64,000 bases of DNA, from positions 8,440 to 72,439 of the IMG/VR virus record IMGVR_UViG_3300046007_007028; one strand, written 5' to 3'. The translations under genes and the position numbers were made by a program. The DNA comes from a virus. Below the pieces are notes generated by a model. That model saw nothing but the letters and a program-made list of their open reading frames with translations. It had not been told where the DNA came from and ran no database searches. Of this stretch, positions 18,152-26,495 are shown piece by piece. Numbering within the stretch: the first letter of the stretch is position 1; each line of letters opens with the position of its first letter.

Positions 18152-18258
18152 AACGAGAACTGCTTGAAAAATTCAAAGGATGGGCTTGTATAGCCCTTCT
18201 TTTTGCCTTTTCGATTTACGTCTGGGCACAGTTGATAGCGACTTTAATTTTGAAATAA
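18148..18258 (+). CDS. Tiny single-TM protein
   Basis: MKRELLEKFKGWACIALLFAFSIYVWAQLIATLILK. Confidence 0.5.
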   Translation: MKRELLEKFKGWACIALLFAFSIYVWAQLIATLILK

Positions 18259-18259
18259 A

Positions 18260-18508
18260 ATGTTTGACAACGACACCCCACCAACCTACCCTGTCACCGT
18301 CCAGGACTACATTGATAACAATTATCAAAAGCCTTGGTCTGATGTTTTAAGCTGGTTTTTGACAAGCTATTTGGAAGAGGAATGCGAAACCAAAACAGAC
18401 CTGCTGATTTATTTGGGATATGCAGATGCCCCGGAATCATTGATTGATATGGTTCGGAATGATACGTTCCCGGAGCAACTAACCGAAGAATACGAGGGGT
18501 TGGTCTAA
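18260..18508 (+). CDS. Acidic hypothetical protein
   Basis: 82 aa, D/E-rich. Confidence 0.65.
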   Translation: MFDNDTPPTYPVTVQDYIDNNYQKPWSDVLSWFLTSYLEEECETKTDLLIYLGYADAPESLIDMVRNDTFPEQLTEEYEGLV

Positions 18509-18618
18509 GATTTTTATTCACCCGACAAAACATCATTTACTTTGAAAAGTACAATCAAACAAGCGTTGCGGCTGCTTATCCTTGCCGCTATCATTTACAT
18601 CTCATTTTTTTAAAACCT

Positions 18619-19485
18619 ATGCAATTACAGAAAGCAACCCGGAAGAAGACGAAGCTACGGCTAAATCTTTCGGCCCCTTCAGGTGCGGGAAAGACCTATT
18701 CAGCCCTTCTTATGGCCAAAGGATTGGTCGGGGATTGGGACAAAATTGCCGTTATTGATACCGAAAACGGTTCGGCATCTCTGTACGAACACCTCGGCCC
18801 GTTCAACGTCATTGACCTTGCCCCACCATTTTCCCCGGAGCGATACATACAAGCCATTGACGCTTGTGTTGCCGCTGGGATGGAGTGCATTATCATTGAC
18901 TCCAGTTCACACGAATGGAGCGGCCCCGGAGGGTGTCTGGAGTCAAACGACGCACTTGCCGCTGCAAAGTTTAAAGGAAACAATTGGGCCGCCTGGAACG
19001 AAACGACGCCCCGCCACGAACGCTTTGTGAGCAAGGTGCTTCACTGCGACGCTCACGTAATTACCTGCACCCGTTCCAAGATGGAGACCGTTCAGGAAGG
19101 GGGAAAGATAAAGAAGTTGGGTATGAAGGACATCCAAAGGGAAAACTGGGAGTACGAATTAACCGTATCGCTATCAATTGATAGAGATACCCACATGGCG
19201 GTCCCAAGCAAGGACCGTACGCAACTGTTTGAGGGCACAGCTCCATTTGTCATCACCGAAGAAACCGGTAAACTGATAAAGGCATGGTGCGAAACCGGCG
19301 TGGTGGACCCGGTCAATGAGTTCCGGGACAAGTTGCGCAAGGTTATTGACAACCCGCTTATCACTCCAGAGGAACGGGCTAAGTGGGAGAACTGGATGCC
19401 GTCTGGCACGGCAGAAACCCTTCAGGGACAGATTGCAAAAGCACAGGAAATGATTAACCAACGCACCAATGAACCTCAACCGTGA
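18619..19485 (+). CDS. AAA_24 / Sak4-like recombination ATPase
   Basis: APSGAGKTYSAL, IDTENGSASLY, IIDSSSHEW. Confidence 0.88.
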   Translation: MQLQKATRKKTKLRLNLSAPSGAGKTYSALLMAKGLVGDWDKIAVIDTENGSASLYEHLGPFNVIDLAPPFSPERYIQAIDACVAAGMECIIIDSSSHEWSGPGGCLESNDALAAAKFKGNNWAAWNETTPRHERFVSKVLHCDAHVITCTRSKMETVQEGGKIKKLGMKDIQRENWEYELTVSLSIDRDTHMAVPSKDRTQLFEGTAPFVITEETGKLIKAWCETGVVDPVNEFRDKLRKVIDNPLITPEERAKWENWMPSGTAETLQGQIAKAQEMINQRTNEPQP

Positions 19486-19657
19486 ACTGACCTGCATCAT
19501 TTCCGACGCCCGGTTGTTTAGCGACGCTGACCGCACCCGATTCAGGGAGCGGACGGCTCGCAGGCCGGTGGAACAGGTTGTTGCCGTGGCCCGTCGGGTG
19601 GAAGCGGCAAGGTGGAAGAAGTGGAAAGAAGAGCATCGTAATTTTTTGATAGGATGA
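19469..19657 (+). CDS. Hypothetical protein
   Basis: Overlap-coupled 62-aa ORF. Confidence 0.5.
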   Translation: MNLNRELTCIISDARLFSDADRTRFRERTARRPVEQVVAVARRVEAARWKKWKEEHRNFLIG

Positions 19658-20166
19658 ATTTATTCAACATTACACACGAACGCAAGCTGCTTATGCAGCA
19701 GTTGGAAGCCGCAGACGGGGAGGCGTCAGAGGAGCTTCTGGAAGAACTTGCAATCAATCGGTCAAACTTTGAAGAAAAGGCCGAAGGATACGCCTACATG
19801 ATGCGCAAACTCGAAACGGATGTGAATGCCGTCAAAAGCGAAATCGACCGCCTGACGGCCCTAAAAACGGCAAAAGAAAGGGCATACGAACGCCTTGAAA
19901 AGACTTTGCTTGATGCCGTTGTTCAATACGGGGAGAAAGGCAAGGACGACGTGGCAAGGGCCGAGGTTGGGACTTTCCGGTTTTCAACCCGTCGCAATCC
20001 CGCTTCGGTTGAGATTTTGGATGAAGAGGCTATTCCAGAGGAGTACAAGGTGAGCAAGACGACGGTGAGCGTAAGCAAGACGACGATCAAAAACGCCTTG
20101 TCTTTGGGGCAGTCCGTTCCGGGGGCGCAGATGAAGGAGGGGGACTTGAGGCTGGTTGTGAAGTAA
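19654..20166 (+). CDS. Siphovirus Gp157 family protein
   Basis: EEKAEGYA...EIDRL..K...RRNP.SV.ILDE..IP.EY...V.GA. Confidence 0.85.
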   Translation: MNLFNITHERKLLMQQLEAADGEASEELLEELAINRSNFEEKAEGYAYMMRKLETDVNAVKSEIDRLTALKTAKERAYERLEKTLLDAVVQYGEKGKDDVARAEVGTFRFSTRRNPASVEILDEEAIPEEYKVSKTTVSVSKTTIKNALSLGQSVPGAQMKEGDLRLVVK

Positions 20167-20185
20167 AAAAATGTTTTTACATTTG

Positions 20186-20640
20186 CAGCGGATAGAAAAC
20201 CAAGCTGAACCGGTTTATTGCCCAACCAACCCCTCATAGGGCAAAAGTGTGCATCCTAATTACCGGTTCAGCCATAGTTTAGCAATAAGCTATGCGGTTT
20301 TTGGGGTGCACACTTTTGTTTTGCCCCTCTTTGGTTTTGACTTTCTACCATAGTCCAAAGACAAAAAGAAAGGCCGTTTGATCCGGCTGGGAGTAATCCT
20401 GAAAACTCGACCACACACAGGCTTGCGATTAAGTCCTGCTCTGACCCAAGGTGTCAACAGGCAACTGGTGCCGGAAGGTAGTAAGTCTGATGAACGAAAC
20501 ACCCAAAGCTGTTAAAGCTGAAGTTAATAAGAATTGGGACAGGACGGAAGTGGTGGTTTGGGTTGAAGTGTTAATAGGAGACACTTAAATCTTGGTACAT
20601 GGGGAACCTATACACCAGGATAAAAACCTTCCTATGATTA
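20186..20640 (+). ncRNA. Large structured RNA / leader (~450 nt) including kissing-loop element 3
   Basis: TACATTTG promoter at 20178-20185, no credible ORF, many local and long-range helices. Confidence 0.65.
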
Positions 20641-20654
20641 AAAACCAATAATTT

Positions 20655-20975
20655 ATGCTACTCCACACAATCGAACGAGGCAAGTATGCGAGGGTGGTCG
20701 CTGAAAGGGTGGTTTACATTGAAGCATCCGGTCAGGACCAAACAACCCTGCACATGACAGACAAACGGATGATTGCGGTACGTGGTGCATTGGGATTGAT
20801 TGCGGCCAAATTCCCGACCTTTTCTCAGGCTGCCAAATATTGCTATGTGAATCCGGACCATGTTTATTCCGTTCGGGTAATTGGTATGAGGGTTCATATT
20901 AAGTTTGGGAATGGGGAGAAGCTGGAGGTGGGCCGGAGCAAAAAATTCTACAAACAATTTTTGTCGTCCCTTTGA
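20655..20975 (+). CDS. Stand-alone LytTR-like DNA-binding protein
   Basis: VVYIEASGQ...TLH...L..I...F.Q..K.CYVNPDHV...LEVGRS, matching LytTR I.YIEA / F.R.HRSY.VN / L.VSR. Confidence 0.75.
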   Translation: MLLHTIERGKYARVVAERVVYIEASGQDQTTLHMTDKRMIAVRGALGLIAAKFPTFSQAAKYCYVNPDHVYSVRVIGMRVHIKFGNGEKLEVGRSKKFYKQFLSSL

Positions 20976-21029
20976 GGGGTTTGGTCGAAGAATTTATATC
21001 TGATTGAGAGGGTGAAATATTTTTGAAAC

Positions 21030-21290
21030 ATGGAAGCAACAAAACCAACAAAACAACAAATCAACGCTGCGGCACTGGAGGTGATTGCTCGTATTTCTGA
21101 AGGTAAGGAACGTGAGAGGCTGGAGAGGGAGGTAGGGGAGGTTCTAAATAAACCAAGAAACATAATTGGAAATGCTTTATGGAATAACGATAATCTAGCA
21201 TTTTCTTTTTGGCCTACTTGGATAGACTGTTGTAATTCAAATGGATACCTTGTCGCCACCTTCAAACTCAAATCCCGCAAAACCGTTTAA
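21030..21290 (+). CDS. Hypothetical protein, leaderless
   Basis: TATTTTTG box at 21018-21025, 4 nt before ATG. Confidence 0.65.
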   Translation: MEATKPTKQQINAAALEVIARISEGKERERLEREVGEVLNKPRNIIGNALWNNDNLAFSFWPTWIDCCNSNGYLVATFKLKSRKTV

Positions 21291-21323
21291 GAACATCCAA
21301 AACAAAACTTTAACAAAAAACAA

Positions 21324-21527
21324 ATGGAAGCAAAAGAATTTTACGACAAAAGATTAAAAGAAGATGGCACTATTGGTAGTGTTCAGCTTATGGAAGAGTA
21401 TGCAAAACACATTATTGAAATAAATTTTTGCGATGGAATCTCAATTGAATTTAATAAGCTGTCAGTAGAAGATTTAAAACGTATGCATAGGGCGGTAAGC
21501 TTATGTGTCATGTGGGTCAACACTTAA
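21324..21527 (+). CDS. Hypothetical protein
   Basis: 67 aa. Confidence 0.6.
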   Translation: MEAKEFYDKRLKEDGTIGSVQLMEEYAKHIIEINFCDGISIEFNKLSVEDLKRMHRAVSLCVMWVNT

Positions 21528-21548
21528 TTACTTAACCAAACCATTCAA

Positions 21549-22052
21549 ATGATCTTCCTGCAAACCTCCGCCACGACCTTCCACCAGATTGATGCTGGGG
21601 AGGTGGTATTTATTAACACAACAATCAATACAATCTTGCACAAGGATAATATTATCAATTATTCCGATGACTTTGAGGGCAGGATTGTTCAGGAATTGGT
21701 TCGGGCCAATCCAATGATTTCTAAAGTGAACGAATCGGAGTATCTGAATCGGAACAAGATTGACCGGATTGAAAGGATTGGATACGACTACCATGCCTAC
21801 ATTTCCGGAAGTCCATTTAGACTCGACCCCAACTGCCTTCTGGTCCACCTTACATTCAAAAAAAGCTATGTGAAAACAGCAAAGCAATACATCAATAACT
21901 TGGACAACCAGGGCATCATTGATTCAATAATCCTTGGTCCGGGAACCGTGGAACACAAAATACGGAGGATTGCAAAAGAGGACATTGGCGAAACGGTCAA
22001 TACCTACTACATCAACAAAAGGAAGAGGGAATTGAAAGCGAAAAACAAATAA
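21549..22052 (+). CDS. Divergent LytTR-like protein with C-terminal extension
   Basis: QIDAGEVVFI...SKVNESEYLNRNKIDRI resembles LytTR pattern. Confidence 0.5.
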   Translation: MIFLQTSATTFHQIDAGEVVFINTTINTILHKDNIINYSDDFEGRIVQELVRANPMISKVNESEYLNRNKIDRIERIGYDYHAYISGSPFRLDPNCLLVHLTFKKSYVKTAKQYINNLDNQGIIDSIILGPGTVEHKIRRIAKEDIGETVNTYYINKRKRELKAKNK

Positions 22053-22056
22053 GAGC

Positions 22057-22317
22057 ATGAAAACCAAAAACATCCGGGACTTTGTAATCGTCCCAACAAC
22101 GCCCGAAGAGGCGCAAAAGGTAGCAGATCGGCTGGTGGAGATGGGGGAGCCTGTATTTGAGCCGGAGGAGTTTGCTAAATGTTTTAATCGTTTCCGATGG
22201 GTGACGTTTGATGGGGATGATTGGGTCCAAAATAAGCCAAATTTTGAAAACCGCCCCCGCATCTCAGCAGCCGATTTTTTGGCGGGGGATACTCAAAAGA
22301 TTTTGGAGGTGGAGTAA
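22057..22317 (+). CDS. Hypothetical protein
   Basis: 86 aa. Confidence 0.65.
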   Translation: MKTKNIRDFVIVPTTPEEAQKVADRLVEMGEPVFEPEEFAKCFNRFRWVTFDGDDWVQNKPNFENRPRISAADFLAGDTQKILEVE

Positions 22318-22382
22318 GTATTCAACCAAAACCAATCCAGAGCCGTAAAAAGCAACAAAATAAAAACCTTTAATTTTACGAC

Positions 22383-23639
22383 ATGAAAAACCTCTTTCTC
22401 CTCGCAGCCTTCCTGATGGTATTGGGAAGCTGCACACGCAAACTTATCACGCCACAAACCGACGAATTGGTTGTAACCTCCGACGAAGTTCCTGGACCAC
22501 AAGAACTGTCAATGTTCCGCACCGCAAGTGAACCGGATTTCTGGGAACCAACTTACCGAAGCTACCGGATTGTTCCGTTCTACATCGAAGTTGATTCAAT
22601 CTACAACGCTCACTGGCGACCTTTTACCGAAGACACGGTAAGAGCCAGATTTGCCAGGATTGCATGGAACATGGAACGCCAGACGGGACTAAGGTTTACA
22701 ATTAGCCAAATCAAAATCCTAACCCGCCACGACATTGTAAGCCGTCAGACAAACGGAAATAATATGCTGTTTCAGTTTTCATCAACGGTTCCAAGGGTAG
22801 GCAACAACTTTATGCTAAGGATCTCAGGACGTTCTGGATTAGGTGGTTCGGCCTTCATATCCAGAGGAAGCCTGACAACTGCACCATACGCCATTTCTGG
22901 CTTCGGCAAAGCGATTGCAGGAGGGTTTGATAAGCCCGGAAACGACGAGTACGCCATTGGCCACGAAATCCTGCATAACTTGGGAATCTCACATTCCCAT
23001 AACTGTTGCGAGTGGTACACCAAGGACGGCAGACCATTGGGCAGACTTGATTCAGCAGCAGCCGGGGAAACAACTTGTTCACCTGTTCCGATCCGTTGTA
23101 ACAGGACGACCATACGCCAATCGGGAGGCTGGAATAGTTATGCTCATATTTGGGGACAGGCAACCTACACCCTGCATCCATCGGTATTGGCTAAGCTACA
23201 TCGGGCCGTGTTTTATTCAAGCCTTCAGACTTATACCCCGACACAACCACCATTACCACCCGTTACTACTTGCAGCACTCAGGTAGCCCACACATCAGCC
23301 ACAGGAAGTCATCCGGGCTTTGATAAGGCATTGGATGGTATTGACAACACAAACGCTTCCAGATGGGTTGTAAATGCCCCACAAACAAGCCTGACCTTGA
23401 CCTACAACAATGCCAGCGTGGATTGCATCCGGATATGGACAGGGTACTTGTCTGGCTCAACATGGGGCAGCCCAATCAGGCAAGCAATCGTATCGGTAAA
23501 CGGCACTCAGTTATTAGCCGTTCCTGGTGCTTTGGAGATCAACATTCCGGTTAATCGGGCTGGGGTGAATACCATTAAGATTGATTTCTTTGCGTTGGAT
23601 AGCCATGTAAGAATTAGAGAGGTTAGGGTTTTGGATTAG
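22383..23639 (+). CDS. Lipoprotein zinc metallopeptidase (metzincin, M12-like) with C-terminal F5/8C-like domain
   Basis: Lipobox LGSC; HEILHNLGISH; Pro/Thr linker; KALDG...SRW...IREVRV. Confidence 0.8.
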   Translation: MKNLFLLAAFLMVLGSCTRKLITPQTDELVVTSDEVPGPQELSMFRTASEPDFWEPTYRSYRIVPFYIEVDSIYNAHWRPFTEDTVRARFARIAWNMERQTGLRFTISQIKILTRHDIVSRQTNGNNMLFQFSSTVPRVGNNFMLRISGRSGLGGSAFISRGSLTTAPYAISGFGKAIAGGFDKPGNDEYAIGHEILHNLGISHSHNCCEWYTKDGRPLGRLDSAAAGETTCSPVPIRCNRTTIRQSGGWNSYAHIWGQATYTLHPSVLAKLHRAVFYSSLQTYTPTQPPLPPVTTCSTQVAHTSATGSHPGFDKALDGIDNTNASRWVVNAPQTSLTLTYNNASVDCIRIWTGYLSGSTWGSPIRQAIVSVNGTQLLAVPGALEINIPVNRAGVNTIKIDFFALDSHVRIREVRVLD

Positions 23640-23642
23640 GTT

Positions 23643-23733
23643 GCATAAAGTTCCGCAGATAAGCGAAGGCACAAATAGCGTTGGCTTTAGCAAGGGATTT
23701 GGGCTTTTGCTTATGTGCTGTTAGCAGAAGTAC
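23643..23733 (+). repeat. attC-like imperfect palindrome
   Basis: gcagataagcgaaggc...gcttttgcttatgtgc stem ending in GTTAGCA. Confidence 0.55.
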
Positions 23734-23774
23734 GGTCAATTTTAAACGAATTTTTAACTTAAATAAATAACAAA

Positions 23775-24044
23775 ATGAAAGTAACAGTAACAGAGGATTT
23801 AGGTATCCAATTAGAAGAAGTTTTTAGCGGTTTAACTTTAAAAACCGAAAGTGGGGAAACAATGTCAATTTGTATGCGAGATAGTGGCTTTGAGTTTAAT
23901 TATCAAGGCGAGTGGTATTTTGCAAAAGAAGGATATGTTGAGCCATTTCACAAGTCAGTTAGAGATAACTATTTAGTTTCTGAATTGCAAAGACACGACC
24001 ATAATTTAGATGCAGATGCAATGCCTGTTAGTAACGGTCAGTAG
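23775..24044 (+). CDS. Hypothetical protein in cassette-like unit
   Basis: AT-rich ORF bracketed by inverted repeat 23720-23733 / 24044-24057. Confidence 0.75.
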   Translation: MKVTVTEDLGIQLEEVFSGLTLKTESGETMSICMRDSGFEFNYQGEWYFAKEGYVEPFHKSVRDNYLVSELQRHDHNLDADAMPVSNGQ

Positions 24045-24101
24045 TATTTCTGCTAACTCGTAAATATCCGCAATCAACCTAACCAACAAAACCAGCGAAA
24101 G

Positions 24102-24458
24102 ATGAACTACGAAAAGCTATTTAATTATTTCCATGAGCAACATGGGATAAGTCTGTTGCTAACAGATATGCAGGAGGTTGCCCGTATTGTTAAGGAAGTG
24201 GAAGAGCCGGGAAGCACGAAGCCAACTTGTCCGATAATTGACGTTTGTGGGTTTACTATTGACTTGCGAAAAGTTGAGCGTGTTACTCCGGTCGGTGGCG
24301 ATAAAAACCATTTGTCATATATGGTTTATTTTACAGGCGGCAATAAAATAGAAATTCCTCATGCACAGCAATTTGCCAACGGGAAGAAATTTGACCACAT
24401 GGAACGGGAAAAGTTTGTTGAATTATGGAAATCTTTTAATCTGAGTATCCATGCTTGA
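24102..24458 (+). CDS. Hypothetical protein
   Basis: 118 aa. Confidence 0.7.
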   Translation: MNYEKLFNYFHEQHGISLLLTDMQEVARIVKEVEEPGSTKPTCPIIDVCGFTIDLRKVERVTPVGGDKNHLSYMVYFTGGNKIEIPHAQQFANGKKFDHMEREKFVELWKSFNLSIHA

Positions 24459-24660
24459 AATCCTCATAACCGGCTTCCTTCTGTTTGTGGCTTATGTCAT
24501 CTATCACCACAACCGCTACACCTACGGCCACTGCAACGGCATACCGGCGCGGAAGCATTGGGCATCTGGAGTGGTTGAGATGAAGTTGGAGCAGGAATGG
24601 GTCGTGATGTCCCGGAAATATTGGAAGGAGTTTACAGCGTATAAAGACCTTGAAAAGTGA
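24451..24660 (+). CDS. Small N-anchored membrane protein
   Basis: N-terminal hydrophobic helix. Confidence 0.6.
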   Translation: MLEILITGFLLFVAYVIYHHNRYTYGHCNGIPARKHWASGVVEMKLEQEWVVMSRKYWKEFTAYKDLEK

Positions 24661-24680
24661 GAATTTGGTTAAATGACTGG

Positions 24681-24711
24681 AAAGGCCGCTTGAATTTTGA
24701 GCGGTTTTTTT
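24681..24711 (+). terminator. Intrinsic terminator between convergent units
   Basis: ccgcttga-attt-tgagcgg-ttttttt. Confidence 0.75.
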
Positions 24712-24723
24712 ATTTCCCTTCCA

Positions 24724-24933
24724 TTATTTCTCTGGCATATCCACCTTGTTATACTTGCTAACCAATCGCCTAAACTGGTCCACAAATTGACCTAAAATAT
24801 AGATCAGGATTGCATCGGTTGTGTCTATCTTCCCAAATTTGTAAAGCCATCCAACTCCAATAAGAAGCCCGACAAGGATTGCGCTTGTTAAAAGGAAGGA
24901 GATAAACTGAATTGTTCTTTGCCAATCCCACAT
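24724..24933 (-). CDS. Small 2-TM protein, holin candidate
   Basis: Two TMs, basic tail, own TATTTTTG box at 24938-24945, near endolysin. Confidence 0.5.
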   Translation of the reverse strand: MWDWQRTIQFISFLLTSAILVGLLIGVGWLYKFGKIDTTDAILIYILGQFVDQFRRLVSKYNKVDMPEK

Positions 24934-24948
24934 TCCACAAAAATATCT

Positions 24949-25079
24949 TATATTTGCATGGCTTCCAATAGGAAGCAACCAACGGACTAGGTTGGACAAG
25001 AAACTGGGAGAAATCCCATAACACGGCCCTGAATTGGCGTAGCTAGTCCCTGCGTTGATTTGGGGCTTTTGTTTTTAAG
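24949..25079 (+). promoter_or_regulatory. Promoter TATATTTG plus kissing-loop leader 2
   Basis: Loop GGACUAG (24984-24990) complementary to loop CUAGUCC (25043-25049). Confidence 0.72.
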
Positions 25080-25592
25080 ATGGATAAGTATTTAAAATTT
25101 GTTGAAGCAGGGCTAAGAGTTTCTAAGGATGGAGTAGTCTACGGCAAAAGAGGGAAAGAAAGAGTATTATTCACCAACAATTCAGGTTATTCAATAACCC
25201 ATTTTCTATATAAGGGGAATCCCATAAACGTCTTGGTGCATCGACTTGTCGCAATGGCATTTATCCAAAATCCATTGGGTCTTTCTCAGGTAAACCATAT
25301 CAACGGGATAAAATCCGACAATCGAGTGGAAAATTTAGAATGGTGCTCTGTGAGCCAAAACATACGTCACAGATTTTCATCTGGCATAACATCTTTGCAA
25401 TCGCAATCTCGTCCTTCTTTACAAAATGGAAGATGCAGGAAGGTGCACCAAATTAAAAATGGGGTAATTATTGATACATTCCCTTACATGGTGGCTGCCG
25501 CACAAGCTGTTGGCGGCACAGCCTCGTGCATTAGAAATGTTTGTGCTGGTAGGGCTTCATCGCACAAGGGCTTTCAATGGGAGTACGCTTGA
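25080..25592 (+). CDS. HNH homing endonuclease with NUMOD1-like C-terminus
   Basis: VHRLVAMAFIQNP...VNHINGIKSDNRVENLEW; I.NVC.GR...KGFQW. Confidence 0.92.
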   Translation: MDKYLKFVEAGLRVSKDGVVYGKRGKERVLFTNNSGYSITHFLYKGNPINVLVHRLVAMAFIQNPLGLSQVNHINGIKSDNRVENLEWCSVSQNIRHRFSSGITSLQSQSRPSLQNGRCRKVHQIKNGVIIDTFPYMVAAAQAVGGTASCIRNVCAGRASSHKGFQWEYA

Positions 25593-25622
25593 TCCTTTTG
25601 CCTGTTATGTCGGAGTTGAATT

Positions 25623-26066
25623 TCATGGCTTCACAATCAACAATCCTTTTGCATTTGGGACCCACCTTGAGTCTGCATGAAGCCATCGCGGGGTCGCAGA
25701 AATGTCCTCTACGGCCCTGATAGACGTTTTGGCAATTACCTCTTCCTGGTTATCCAAAAGCCACTTGTATAGCTCCTCAACAGTCATATCCGGACTATCA
25801 AAGTCGGTGGCGTTCATTTTGTAGGAATGCTGGCTCCACGGATTGAAAGACGGTGCGTCGGGCGTTCTCAGGCCCCGCCAGAAATGTACGGGGTTCTTGG
25901 TGTGCCAGTTGTTTACAACAAGGCGCACTCCTGTCCGGGTCCGGAGCCACTGCATTGCCTCAACTTGCTCCCTGACCAGAAACCACGTAGAATTTGCGCC
26001 CCACTTTTGATAGGTGGACCGGCTTACAAATTCTTGGATGTCAAAGTTGGTTGTGAGATTGCCCAT
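25623..26066 (-). CDS. Endolysin, peptidase M15 family
   Basis: NF...EF, GLR, SQH...ATD, WLHAD Zn-ligand pattern. Confidence 0.85.
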   Translation of the reverse strand: MGNLTTNFDIQEFVSRSTYQKWGANSTWFLVREQVEAMQWLRTRTGVRLVVNNWHTKNPVHFWRGLRTPDAPSFNPWSQHSYKMNATDFDSPDMTVEELYKWLLDNQEEVIAKTSIRAVEDISATPRWLHADSRWVPNAKGLLIVKP

Positions 26067-26136
26067 TAGTCCACAAAATAATGGGTTTGGTCGAAAACTG
26101 CAAAATGGATTTATTGGGAAGGGGTAGGTTTGGGGA

Positions 26137-26325
26137 ATGGAAAATACTTATACTCCAATCATTGTAGACCTTGTTTACACCAATTTTGAATCCAATCTTT
26201 TAAAGCAAGATGGGAAGAAAATAGATATGGGGAAATTATCTATCACCGCAATTTTGGCAACCCAAAAGGACGTTGAGGGAATAATCAATCAACTGGAAAT
26301 CATCAAACATTGTTTTAAGAAGTAA
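26137..26325 (+). CDS. Hypothetical protein, leaderless
   Basis: TAGGTTTG box at 26125-26132. Confidence 0.6.
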   Translation: MENTYTPIIVDLVYTNFESNLLKQDGKKIDMGKLSITAILATQKDVEGIINQLEIIKHCFKK

Positions 26326-26495
26326 TGAAACAAATCCTTCTAACCCTAATCGACCGCCTATTCCCCGCCAAGTGCAAGCATGAGTGGGAGGATAAATATA
26401 TGGTTTCGGTAAAAAATGAGATTGGTCAAGTATATAAGACAAGAGTAACTTTGGCTTGCAAACATTGTGGTGAGATTAAACAGATGAGTTTATGA
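26325..26495 (+). CDS. Small Zn-ribbon protein (56 aa, not in track)
   Basis: CKHEW...CKHCG. Confidence 0.65.
   Translation: MKQILLTLIDRLFPAKCKHEWEDKYMVSVKNEIGQVYKTRVTLACKHCGEIKQMSL

Noticed and set aside
20349-20358. Group I intron S-like element CAUAGUCC
   Set aside because: No upstream R element (GACUA) and no interrupted gene
20451-20503. Hammerhead-like core (GGUGUC...CUGAUGA-AC-GAAACACC)
   Set aside because: Stem II would be only 2 nt and stem I does not pair; not callable as a ribozyme
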